36,750 nucleotides of DNA from Candidatus Methanofastidiosia archaeon (GTDB lineage: Archaea > Methanobacteriota_B > Thermococci > Methanofastidiosales > NM3). Shown piece after piece: positions 8,662-17,790 of the stretch (position 1 is the first letter of the stretch; each line of letters starts with the position of its first letter). The position numbers and the translations under genes are program-made. A model generated the notes under the pieces. It saw only the letters and a program-made list of their open reading frames with translations, did no database searches and was not told where the DNA came from. The stretch is taken from the NCBI GenBank assembly GCA_016930445.1, contig JAFGGT010000007.1, positions 1 through 36,750 on the forward strand, written 5' to 3'.

Positions 8662-9055
8662 ATATCCTTATCTCGCTCTCCGGGTCCCTGAGGCACGATA
8701 CCATGTCCTTTGGAATGTCGCATGCCGCCTTGTCAGAGCTAACCATCAAGGTCCTGTCGCTCTCATATCCGCTCTTTCTCATGACCATTTCCCTCTCATC
8801 CCTCATCCCCAGACCCTTAGTCCCGTGTCCTTCCACACTCCAGACATGCCCATTGCATTGAAAGGTCACCCTCATCCTTGAGCTTCTCAAGGCTTCCTTG
8901 AAGGGTTCATCAAGGTCAGAGAAGGCCTTGTCGGCCCTTACAGCAACGATGCAGTCACCATTTGGCCCAAGGTCGGAATCTTTTGTTATCTCTATCGTCG
9001 TCCTATGCCTTGCAGTTATGTTCTTATGCCCCATGGCCCGAATCTCTACCATCAT
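8603..9055 (-). CDS. DUF371 family conserved archaeal protein
   Basis: GHKNITARHRTTIEITKD...GDCI, RKS.Y...RT...SDKAA; start reassigned to ATG 9055, 29 nt from the TATA. Confidence 0.9.
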   Translation of the reverse strand: MMVEIRAMGHKNITARHRTTIEITKDSDLGPNGDCIVAVRADKAFSDLDEPFKEALRSSRMRVTFQCNGHVWSVEGHGTKGLGMRDEREMVMRKSGYESDRTLMVSSDKAACDIPKDMVSCLRDPESEIRIFIETLCQQDSSCPHQNNRI

Positions 9056-9076
9056 AGTTCTATGAGGGAGATACAA

Positions 9077-9084
9077 TTTATAAA
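9077..9084. promoter_or_regulatory. Palindromic bidirectional TATA box
   Basis: TTTATAAA lies symmetrically, 29 nt from ATG 9055 (-) and 29 nt from TTG 9106 (+). Confidence 0.65.
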
Positions 9085-9105
9085 TACGATAGTACCGATA
9101 TAAAA

Positions 9106-9688
9106 TTGAAAAGAGTGGATTGCTATGAGTTGTGACCATGAGGAGTACGTTGTACTAAAGGAGAGGGGCAGGCTTGTGACAGCCAAATGTCTGGATTGCG
9201 AGCAGATCTTCACTTTCAAAAAGGAAAAGGACGTCAAGGTCCCGGTAATCGTCAATAGGAGAGGCAGCTCTGAAAAATCGTCTGTAAATCTCGAGAGGGA
9301 CAGGATGGTGGTGCTGGACGAGATACTGGACCTCGGGGATGAGGAGATCGAGGTGCATTCCATCGAGGTGGGCAACAAGAGGGTAAAGAGCGAGAAGGCC
9401 TCTGAGATCACTTCGATCTGGGGCATCTCCTTGACCTATCCGAAGGTCGTAGGGGCATCGATACACTTCCCCAGAAAGACCGCTTCCTACAAGGTCATAG
9501 TGGACAGGGAAACGATCTATAATGTTGGGGACCCGATACAGGTCGGAGCCACTACTTTCAAGGTGACGACCTTGATCACCGAGAGAGGGAAGAGGAAGGC
9601 CGCATATGGCGACGAGATCAAGAGGATATACGGGACGCCGTCTAACATAAGCCCCCTGCATGTTTTGGAGGTCTACGATGGACCTTGA
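9106..9688 (+). CDS. Archaeal Zn-finger protein (COG1326/HVO_0476-like) with an apparent 1-nt frameshift near 9124
   Basis: Main frame from 9125: SCDHEEYVVLKERG...KCLDC...VPVIVN. TTG 9106 reads MKRVDC and joins it to restore the first CxxC if one base is removed. Confidence 0.75.
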
Positions 9689-10322
9689 TGAAGGTAGGTC
9701 GAAACTGGTAAATTACCTTGAAAGGAACGGATTCATAAGGTCTCCAGATATAAGAGAAGCATTTCTCTCTGTCAGGAGAGAACACTTCATCCCCTCGGAC
9801 ATTGCGTCTTTGAGCTACGAGGACACCCCTCTGCCGATAGGGGAGGGGCAGACGATATCTGCACCGTCGATGATAGCTATCATGTTGGAGGTCTCTGATC
9901 TTGGAAAAGGCATGAAGGTGCTAGAGGTGGGGGCAGGTTCAGGTTACAATGCATGCCTATTGGCCCATATTGTGGGCAGTGGCAATGTGACAAGCATCGA
10001 AAGGATAGGGCCGCTTCTAGAACTAGCCAGAAGCAATCTGAGAAATTGTCCCCGTGATGTCGAGCTGGTGCTGGGGGACGGCACCTTGGGATATGAGGCA
10101 AACGCCCCTTATGACAGGATAATAATTACGGCAGCATCACCTGATTTTCCCTCTCCATTGATAGGACAGCTCAAGGTAAATGGCAAGATAATAGCCCCCA
10201 TAGGCAGGGACAGGATGCTTCAGAGACTGAAGGTGGGCACAAAGGCCGAAGATGGCAACCTTTTGGTCAAATCGCATGGCAGCTGCGTCTTCGTACCACT
10301 TATTGGTAAATTCGGCTTTTAG
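9678..10322 (+). CDS. pcm: Protein-L-isoaspartate O-methyltransferase
   Basis: GQTISAP, VLEVGAGSGY, GDG..G....APYDRI, FVPL; GGAGG SD before ATG 9678. Confidence 0.95.
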   Translation: MDLDEGRSKLVNYLERNGFIRSPDIREAFLSVRREHFIPSDIASLSYEDTPLPIGEGQTISAPSMIAIMLEVSDLGKGMKVLEVGAGSGYNACLLAHIVGSGNVTSIERIGPLLELARSNLRNCPRDVELVLGDGTLGYEANAPYDRIIITAASPDFPSPLIGQLKVNGKIIAPIGRDRMLQRLKVGTKAEDGNLLVKSHGSCVFVPLIGKFGF

Positions 10323-10375
10323 AGCAACGATGTAGAAACATTTTAAAGACTCATGCTTTAGATATACCTAAGAAC

Positions 10376-11500
10376 ATGAAAGCGTATTTTATTCCCCTCT
10401 TGGCACTGCTACTACTGTCTATAGAGACGAACGAACCCACGATGTCGATCGACTACAACGATGTCGTGATACCTGGCGATACCGTAGTGTTCAATATTAC
10501 TGTGGAGAACACGACTGTAAATCAATGCAACGACTGCATCATCTATATCGATACCATCTCGATGGACAATGAGACGCTGGCCCATATCAAGAACATAGGT
10601 TCGCCCATAGCGTTGCCGAGCACCTTCGAGAGCGAGAGCATAATCAATGCCGAGCTTATGTTGGAACTGGGGTCGGATACGCCAAATGGAGTGTATTACA
10701 TCCCTATCGTTTTCGAAGGAACGCTTGGAAATTGCGATGGCGGATGTTTCCCGTTCAGGATCTCCCATACATACGGGATCACCGTCACCAGGAACGTCCC
10801 TGAGATAGCCTATGAGTGCAACAGGGTCTGCGATGTGATCGGGGGCCTCAATGCAGAGCTGCCCCTGAGATTCACGAACAATGGAACAGGGGATGCAAAC
10901 AATGTCAAGATATCACTCTATGGAAGCATTGATGGATACATCAGTCCCGACAACTTTGACGTGATGGAACCGAACGAACAATACTTCACCACGGTATACA
11001 TCAATACTTCAGAACTTTCCCCTGGCTTCTATGACCTTGGTGTCAACTTCGTATACTACGATGACTACTTCAAGCTCTACTCGAGCAAGATCACGTTTCG
11101 AATACAGGTAAGGCCACAGAGGCCCCAGATGGAGATAAGCATCTTAACGGATGGCAGGAATCTATTGATAGACCTTAAGAATGAGGGCGGTCTAAAGGCC
11201 AAGGATGTCACCTTAGAGCTGGCCATAGATGGCGAAAAGATGATTGAAGAGGAGATAGATGTCATCAATTCGACAGGATCTGTCCTTCTGCCAGTATCTC
11301 TGCCTTCGAGCGTGGATGGCGAGGTCAGCCTTAGCGCCTATGTCACATACTATAATACGGAGGGCGAAGTATATACTGACAATTCAGAAATGTTTTTATA
11401 CATACCCAAGGATAGTTCGGGGAACGACAATATTTATTATTACCTAGTGGCCGGTGCTCTGATCATCTGCATATTTTTGATATGGGTGAAAAGACGATGA
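10376..11500 (+). CDS. Cell-surface protein, COG1361/CARDB-like Ig-fold repeats, C-terminal anchor
   Basis: Signal peptide; NNGTGDANNV and KNEGGLKAKDV CARDB-like motifs; TM + KRR; Cys pairs CNDC, CDGGC, CNRVC. Confidence 0.75.
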   Translation: MKAYFIPLLALLLLSIETNEPTMSIDYNDVVIPGDTVVFNITVENTTVNQCNDCIIYIDTISMDNETLAHIKNIGSPIALPSTFESESIINAELMLELGSDTPNGVYYIPIVFEGTLGNCDGGCFPFRISHTYGITVTRNVPEIAYECNRVCDVIGGLNAELPLRFTNNGTGDANNVKISLYGSIDGYISPDNFDVMEPNEQYFTTVYINTSELSPGFYDLGVNFVYYDDYFKLYSSKITFRIQVRPQRPQMEISILTDGRNLLIDLKNEGGLKAKDVTLELAIDGEKMIEEEIDVINSTGSVLLPVSLPSSVDGEVSLSAYVTYYNTEGEVYTDNSEMFLYIPKDSSGNDNIYYYLVAGALIICIFLIWVKRR

Positions 11501-12936
11501 TGAAAAAGGGAATGTTTCTGAAGCTGTTTTTCGTGGCCATGATCCTTTTAATGATGATGCCCATTTCAAAGGGCTCAGAGCCTTTGGAGATAATATACTT
11601 CTATGAGGAAGGATGCGATGAGTGCAATGCGTTCAAACCCATTCTGAACGAGATAGAGGCCGAATATGGCGAATCGATCAACGTAACAAGATATGAGGTA
11701 TGGGACGAGTGGGACCTCTATACGTCAAACGGCTTTACGAAAGTGCCCTCTTTGGTCATAGGTGATACCAAGCTGCAGTTCACTGAAGACACCTTCACGA
11801 AGGATTACGTATCCTCGGTGATAGACTCATATCTCGAAGGCCCTAAGGTGACGATAGAGTACTTCTTTGAAGCAGGCTGCGATGCTTGCGATGCCTTCAA
11901 ACCCATACTGGAGCAGCTGAAAAGCGAGTACGGGCCTCAGCTGGAGGTGTTTGAGTATGATGTCTTCACATCCGAGGGATGGGACCTCTTCACTTCATAC
12001 GGATTCACGGTCAACCCTGCCGTGGCCATCAATGGTGAGTCCAAGATCGAATATCCTGAGACCACTTACGAGCGGCTCTCTGATATAATCGAGGACTATA
12101 TCTCCGGCGGCGGTGACGGGTATTCCAACATCACCGAATGGTCCATACCCGTGGCCTTCACCCTTGGGTTCTTCTCCTCTTTCTCCCCGTGCCTCATGGC
12201 AGTCCTATCGTTCATCCTGGCATATACTGCTGGCACGTCCAAGAAGAAGTCAGAGGCCATGTCGAAGTCGATGCTCTTTGGCCTCGGTCTTGTCATAATG
12301 TACACGCTCATAGCAGTGATAATGGCGATTGTGGGAAAACAGCTCACTAACTTCAAGTTCTACATGTCGCTTTTCGGCAGCATGATAACGTTCCTTTTGG
12401 GGCTGAATCTGCTCAACTATGTTGTTCAGGTGGTGGAGTTCCCTGTCTCCACCAAGAACTACTCATCAAAGATGGTCAAGCATTTCGTTGGTGAGAAGGG
12501 TTACTTGGGGGCCGTCATATTGGGTATCATATTCTCGGCGGTAAAGCTTCCCTGCGCCGCCCCCGCTCTCGTGGTCATACTGACACAGATAGTTGACAAG
12601 GGAGATATGGTCTTTGGACTTACCCTCATAGCGTCCTTCTCATTGGGCGTCATGCTCCCCTTCTTTTTCATAGGGCTTGTGAGCGGCGGCACGACAGATG
12701 TTGCCAAGAAGGTGCGCTGGTCGAAGTACTTCAGGGCTTTCATATGGGGTGGAAGCGGAATAGTGGTCATAGTTGTATCGGCATGGATCCTGTATACGGC
12801 GTTCGAGCTTCTTCCGGCGGTGACGGACACACACTTTCTAGTCACCCTCTTTGCAGGGGTGCTGACCGCCATGCTCATAATCTATTCTGTAGTCGTATGG
12901 AGAAGGCGTGGGCCGAAGAAGATCATGGCGCAGTAG
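11497..12936 (+). CDS. Two thioredoxin-like domains fused to a CcdA/DsbD transmembrane domain
   Basis: Signal peptide; CDEC and CDAC domains; SFSPC and LPCAAP membrane Cys motifs; ATGA overlap with the upstream stop. Confidence 0.88.
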   Translation: MMKKGMFLKLFFVAMILLMMMPISKGSEPLEIIYFYEEGCDECNAFKPILNEIEAEYGESINVTRYEVWDEWDLYTSNGFTKVPSLVIGDTKLQFTEDTFTKDYVSSVIDSYLEGPKVTIEYFFEAGCDACDAFKPILEQLKSEYGPQLEVFEYDVFTSEGWDLFTSYGFTVNPAVAINGESKIEYPETTYERLSDIIEDYISGGGDGYSNITEWSIPVAFTLGFFSSFSPCLMAVLSFILAYTAGTSKKKSEAMSKSMLFGLGLVIMYTLIAVIMAIVGKQLTNFKFYMSLFGSMITFLLGLNLLNYVVQVVEFPVSTKNYSSKMVKHFVGEKGYLGAVILGIIFSAVKLPCAAPALVVILTQIVDKGDMVFGLTLIASFSLGVMLPFFFIGLVSGGTTDVAKKVRWSKYFRAFIWGGSGIVVIVVSAWILYTAFELLPAVTDTHFLVTLFAGVLTAMLIIYSVVVWRRRGPKKIMAQ

Positions 12937-12941
12937 GCCTT

Positions 12942-13442
12942 TCATAGGTCATAGATGATCTGGGAGGGGTCGACCTTCCCATTCGTTATCCTTATGCCCT
13001 CTTTCCTGAGGATCTGCTCCTTGATGTCAGGGCCACATTCAAATCCCCCCAGGGATCCATCCTTCCTGACGACCCTGTGGCAAGGTATGAAGAGGGGGAT
13101 GCTGTTTTTCTTAAGTGCCTGCCCCACTGCCCTTGAACCCTTGCAGCCTATGGCCTTTGCAACGGATGAATAGGTAGACACACTCCCCTTGGGGATCTTT
13201 GAGATGGCTTCATAGACCTTTCTCTGAAAAGGCGTTGCGTTCGGCCCGATGTCGACCGCGCTTACATTGCCTTCCAGTATCCAACGTCTCGCGAGCTCGG
13301 CGACCTTCATCATGTTGTCATCGCCAGCGCAATCGGGGGAGGATTCCTCCCTGAGAAGCAGCTCCTCCAGTCTCCCATCCCCAATGGCAACGATATAGAA
13401 GACCTTGCCACCAAGGGAATACTTGCTCCATCCACAAGCCAT
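12942..13442 (-). CDS. ogt: Methylated-DNA--protein-cysteine methyltransferase
   Basis: TPFQ..V, RAVG, IPCHRVV motifs. Confidence 0.93.
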   Translation of the reverse strand: MACGWSKYSLGGKVFYIVAIGDGRLEELLLREESSPDCAGDDNMMKVAELARRWILEGNVSAVDIGPNATPFQRKVYEAISKIPKGSVSTYSSVAKAIGCKGSRAVGQALKKNSIPLFIPCHRVVRKDGSLGGFECGPDIKEQILRKEGIRITNGKVDPSQIIYDL

Positions 13443-13470
13443 AAATCTTGTCTGTCGCCATAGTATTTAA

Positions 13471-14478
13471 ATGATGCATATCATGATAGACGGAAGCCTG
13501 GGCGAGGGAGGAGGCCAGATATTAAGGACCTCGCTCGCGCTTTCTGCGATCTCCAATATCGGCATAGATGTCGAGAACATAAGGGTTGGAAGGCCAAACC
13601 CCGGATTGAGGCCGCAACATCTATGTTCCCTGAACGCCATCAGGGAGATCACGTCCGCCGACATGAGCGGTGGCAAGGTCGGATCTTTGCATGTATCTTT
13701 CCTGCCTAGGGGGATAAAGCCTGGAGATTACCTTTTTGACATAGGGACCGCAGGATCCGTTACCTTGCTTGCCCACACATTGCTATTGCCACTTCTTCTA
13801 TGCGAAGAAAGGTCGACCATCACATTGAAGGGAGGAACTGATGTGCCTTGGAGCCCTACTACCTCATACTATGAGAATGTTACGCTTGAGGTCCTTCGAA
13901 AGCTTGGCATAGATGTCCACTTCGAGGCCTCTATGCGTGGGTACTACCCTAAGGGAGGGGGCATTGTCAAGATGGAGATAGAACCCTGGCTGGATAGGAG
14001 CCCTTTGGGCGATGTTAGGGTAAGGAAGCCCCGCAAGCTGTTCATTGATTCCTCATGCTCGGGGCTTAGTGGGGGTGTGGCCGAAAGACAGGCAGCCTCT
14101 GCAGAAAAGGTTCTAGGGGAGTTTGAAACAGAGATGGTCAATGGCATCCCTGGAAGCGGGATCGGAAGCTCCATAACGATATGGGCGCAGGCCGGCGATC
14201 TGCCCATTGGATTCTCGGCTATAGGAAAGCGAGGTTATCTGGCGGAAGATGTTGGAAGGGACGCTGCGCTTGGCATCCTGCGAGTGATCGAGGGCCATGC
14301 TTCTGATGAGCATCTTCCTGACCAGCTCATTCCATTCCTGTTATTTCCTGATGGCAGAAGCTCCATACCAATACCAGCGATGACAGGGCATCTGTCGACA
14401 AATATCCAAGTATCGGAGAAATTCATGAACTTCGAACACACATACGAGAAGGGAAAATTGGAGATAAGAAAAAAATAA
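13471..14478 (+). CDS. rtcA: RNA 3'-terminal phosphate cyclase
   Basis: DGS.GEGGGQILR, GLRPQH, GGTDVPWSP, GYYPKGGG, DQL, GHL.TN. Confidence 0.95.
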   Translation: MMHIMIDGSLGEGGGQILRTSLALSAISNIGIDVENIRVGRPNPGLRPQHLCSLNAIREITSADMSGGKVGSLHVSFLPRGIKPGDYLFDIGTAGSVTLLAHTLLLPLLLCEERSTITLKGGTDVPWSPTTSYYENVTLEVLRKLGIDVHFEASMRGYYPKGGGIVKMEIEPWLDRSPLGDVRVRKPRKLFIDSSCSGLSGGVAERQAASAEKVLGEFETEMVNGIPGSGIGSSITIWAQAGDLPIGFSAIGKRGYLAEDVGRDAALGILRVIEGHASDEHLPDQLIPFLLFPDGRSSIPIPAMTGHLSTNIQVSEKFMNFEHTYEKGKLEIRKK

Positions 14479-14486
14479 AAAGGGAA

Positions 14487-14867
14487 TTAGAAGGTCTCTA
14501 TCCCTTCCTCTTCCAGAAGGCTGCTGGCCCTTTGCGTGTCCGAGACCTTTAGCACGACAAGGGACCTGTCATCCCTATTGACGGCATAGATGGCCTCATC
14601 GATGTTGATGTTCCTCCTCTCGAAGATCTCTATTACGTCCATCAACTTGTTGTCCTCTATGGCAATGGCGGGTGTCACATGTGCTATGAGGTCATGGCGC
14701 TTTAGCTTGTCAACAGCCTTGTGTGGGTCCTCGAGGCATAATCTGACCACACCGAATTCGCCTGCATCGGCTATGGAGAAGCCATAGAGCTTCAAGGACA
14801 TTACCTCCTTTAATATCTGAGACAGTCTTCCAGGTCTATTCTGTATGAAGACCGATATAACATCCAT
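14487..14867 (-). CDS. ACT domain protein (COG4747 type, usually linked to phenylacetate-CoA ligase)
   Basis: ISVFIQNRPGRL, SIAD.GEFGVVRL; last gene of the paaK operon. Confidence 0.88.
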   Translation of the reverse strand: MDVISVFIQNRPGRLSQILKEVMSLKLYGFSIADAGEFGVVRLCLEDPHKAVDKLKRHDLIAHVTPAIAIEDNKLMDVIEIFERRNINIDEAIYAVNRDDRSLVVLKVSDTQRASSLLEEEGIETF

Positions 14868-14870
14868 TCA

Positions 14871-16376
14871 TTACTCCTCCTTGATGCTAATGAAGAAGCC
14901 CGTGTGGGTCCTCTCCAATACCTCATCTGGTGGTGGCTTTGTGAGCAGGCTCACCACTATCATCACTACCACAGATATTATGAAGCTGTAGATTGAAAAG
15001 TGCATTGGTAGTTTCTGAACGTATTGGTGGATGTACCCGAATATCACTGCCGCAATGAATCCTACGATCATCGATGCCATTGCCCCTTCCCTTGTGGCCC
15101 TCCTCCAGTACAATCCTGCCATTATGGGCACGACGAATACGGAGAGAGTGATGCCGATTGTCATCCATATCAGCCACGCCAGGAGGCTTGGCGGGTTTAT
15201 TGCCAGTATGATGGTCACCATTGCGACGATGAACACCATTATGCGGGTGTAGAGGGTCACCTTCTTGTCCTCTGCGTTAGGATTCAAGATGTTCTTGTAT
15301 ATGTCCCAGCTGGCCGTGTTGCCTATTGTCAGCATTATCCTGTCAGTTGTCGACATGACGGCTGCAAGCACTATCACGACAAATATCGGCCATATAAAAT
15401 CAGGGAGCGCGTGTTCCACAGAGGCGACGAACGAATAATCAGCGTATGGTATCGTCATCTCCCCGTTCTCGACCAAGGTCCTTGCGGAGAACCCTATGAT
15501 CTTTATCAGGTACATCACTACGACGTAGATTGAGAATGCGGCCACCGGCGCGTACTTGAAGTACTTCTGCTTCCTTACTGCCAGGATGTTGTTGACGATA
15601 TGGGGGCTTGCACCAAGTCCTACGGCAAGCAGGAAGAAGAAGGACACCAAGTATGCTGGGGTCGCAAATGCGTATCCTGCGTATGCTGAAGGGTACGAGA
15701 GAGTGATCATCTCAGGATCGATCGACGCGAGGGTGTTGTTTATGAATGTGAATCCTCCCGCCGACTTGACGATGAAAGGCGCAAGTATCACGACCCCTAG
15801 TATTATCGCGAATCCTTGGACCATGTTCGTCCAGGCAACGGCATAGAGCCCACCGATCATGACGTATAGGAACACTATGGTCCCAGCAATGAGAAGGGCC
15901 TGCGTGTGCGTTATGTTGAATATCCATACCAGCACTATGCTGATGGCAGTATATTGGCCAACGAGGTATATCACGCCCGTGACTATGACCGAGAGGCCTG
16001 CTATGCCCCTGATGCCCCTTGGGCTGTAGAATCTGTCGGCAAAGTAGTCCTGCACAGTCATATATCCCCTCTTACGGCCGATCTTCGCCATCTTTGCACC
16101 GTAGACGATGATACACACCGCCACCGTCAGTGGCACGAATATCTGCTCCCATATGGTGGGCCATCCCGTCACGTATCCCAACCCCGATGACCCGAGCAGC
16201 GTCATGCCCGACGTGGTCGAGGCCACTATCAGGAAGACGAACACCCAAAATCCGAGGTTCTTCCCCGCAACCATATAATCACTTGAGCTCTTGATCTTTC
16301 TTGATGCCCAGGTACCAATGCCCATAAGTATGACGAAATAGATGAGAACAGTTAGTATCTTGTAGTATTCGTTCAT
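14871..16376 (-). CDS. Sodium:solute symporter (SSS family)
   Basis: About 13 TMs; DYMVAG, SGMTLLG, GGLYAVAWTN, AAVMST, GLYWRRAT; start at ATG 16376 or 16385. Confidence 0.93.
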   Translation of the reverse strand: MNEYYKILTVLIYFVILMGIGTWASRKIKSSSDYMVAGKNLGFWVFVFLIVASTTSGMTLLGSSGLGYVTGWPTIWEQIFVPLTVAVCIIVYGAKMAKIGRKRGYMTVQDYFADRFYSPRGIRGIAGLSVIVTGVIYLVGQYTAISIVLVWIFNITHTQALLIAGTIVFLYVMIGGLYAVAWTNMVQGFAIILGVVILAPFIVKSAGGFTFINNTLASIDPEMITLSYPSAYAGYAFATPAYLVSFFFLLAVGLGASPHIVNNILAVRKQKYFKYAPVAAFSIYVVVMYLIKIIGFSARTLVENGEMTIPYADYSFVASVEHALPDFIWPIFVVIVLAAVMSTTDRIMLTIGNTASWDIYKNILNPNAEDKKVTLYTRIMVFIVAMVTIILAINPPSLLAWLIWMTIGITLSVFVVPIMAGLYWRRATREGAMASMIVGFIAAVIFGYIHQYVQKLPMHFSIYSFIISVVVMIVVSLLTKPPPDEVLERTHTGFFISIKEE

Positions 16377-16377
16377 G

Positions 16378-16491
16378 TCAGTCATCTTCCCCTGGATTGT
16401 ATATCTTAGCCCATGCCAACAGCACTATGACGATCAGGACCGGAATCCCGAAGGCCAATAGGAATGTGCTTTCTTCAAGACCGTATATCAT
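16378..16491 (-). CDS. 37-aa single-TM symporter accessory protein
   Basis: Not in ORF track. MIYGLEESTFLLAFGIPVLIVIVLLAWAKIYNPGEDD*; GGGGAG SD; ATGA overlap with the paaK stop; directly upstream of the SSS gene. Confidence 0.85.
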   Translation of the reverse strand: MIYGLEESTFLLAFGIPVLIVIVLLAWAKIYNPGEDD

Positions 16492-17783
16492 TTTTTTACT
16501 CCCCTTAGATCTATTACTCTTTGAGCCTTGCCGACCGAGCGCGGCATGCTCCCCTCCTCAACAAGCTTCACATCAGCTTTTATGAAGAATGTTGACCTTA
16601 AGCTCTCTTCTAGCTCCCTTTGCACCTTCAATAGATCGCTTAAGCTTCCAGAAAAGAGCTTCTCTGTGACTTCCATATTAATCGTTATCGAGTCCATGAA
16701 GCCTTTCTTTTCCACTACAATCTGATAATGTCCCTTGAATGCAGGATGCATCGATATGACCTCCTCTATCTGGGACGGGAATATGTTCACGCCCCTGATG
16801 ATGAGCATGTCATCGCTCCTGCCAGTTATCCTCTCGATCTTCCTGAAAGGCAGGCCGCACTCGCATTCATCTACGATTATCCTCGAGATGTCCCTTGTCC
16901 TATACCTCAAAAGAGGCATGGCCTCCTTCCATAGAGGGGTGAAGACAAGCTCTCCCTTCTCCCCTTCTGGCAGCACCTCGCCGGTCTTGGGATCTATCAC
17001 CTCAAGAATGAAGTAATCCTCCCAGAAGTGCAGGCCGTCCTTCTGCTCACATTCGCATGCGATGCCTGGTCCGCACATCTCTGAGAGCCCATAGTTATCG
17101 TAGGCGTCTATTCCAAATGACTTCTCGATCTGTTTCCTTATGGCCTCGCTCCATGGTTCGCCTCCAAATACGCCCTGCCTTAGCTTAAGGTCCTTGTCAG
17201 GGTCCATTCCCATCTCCTTGGCGACCTCTGCCAGGTGAAGGGCGTAAGATGGCGTGCTGGTGAACGATGTGGTGTTGAAGTCCTTCATTATCTCCAGCTG
17301 TTTCTTCGTGTTACCAGATCCTGAAGGTATCACCGATACGCCAAGCTTCTCTGCCCCGTAATGAAAACCAAAGCCGCCAGTGAAGAATCCATAGTTGTAA
17401 ATGATCTGCATGATGTCCTTGTTGGTCAATCCAGTTGTCTTCAGTACCCTGGCCATGAGGCCCGACCATACATTTATGTCCTCCTGGGTGTAGTACACGA
17501 CCGTGGATTTCCCTGTGGTCCCTGAAGAAGCATGGAATCTCACTACCTTGTCCAGCGGGCATGCAAGCAGTCCAAAAGGATAATTCTCCCTGAGGGTGTC
17601 CTTCGTGGTATATGGCAGTTTGGCAAGGTCTTCCTTGCACTTTATGTCCTCTGCCTTGAGACCGGCCTCCTTAAGCTGTCGCTTGATCCAAGGCGATGTC
17701 TTCTCACCTACCCTTATCATCTTGCGCAATGCCATTTCTTGCTGAGAAATAATATCATATCTACTAACCTTTGTTGATAACAT
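16488..17783 (-). CDS. paaK: Phenylacetate (aryl-acetate)-CoA ligase
   Basis: HASSGTTGK, YGLSE, RYRTRD, GRSDDM; ATG 17783 preceded by AGGAGG. Confidence 0.93.
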   Translation of the reverse strand: MLSTKVSRYDIISQQEMALRKMIRVGEKTSPWIKRQLKEAGLKAEDIKCKEDLAKLPYTTKDTLRENYPFGLLACPLDKVVRFHASSGTTGKSTVVYYTQEDINVWSGLMARVLKTTGLTNKDIMQIIYNYGFFTGGFGFHYGAEKLGVSVIPSGSGNTKKQLEIMKDFNTTSFTSTPSYALHLAEVAKEMGMDPDKDLKLRQGVFGGEPWSEAIRKQIEKSFGIDAYDNYGLSEMCGPGIACECEQKDGLHFWEDYFILEVIDPKTGEVLPEGEKGELVFTPLWKEAMPLLRYRTRDISRIIVDECECGLPFRKIERITGRSDDMLIIRGVNIFPSQIEEVISMHPAFKGHYQIVVEKKGFMDSITINMEVTEKLFSGSLSDLLKVQRELEESLRSTFFIKADVKLVEEGSMPRSVGKAQRVIDLRGVKK

Positions 17784-17790
17784 TGTAAGT

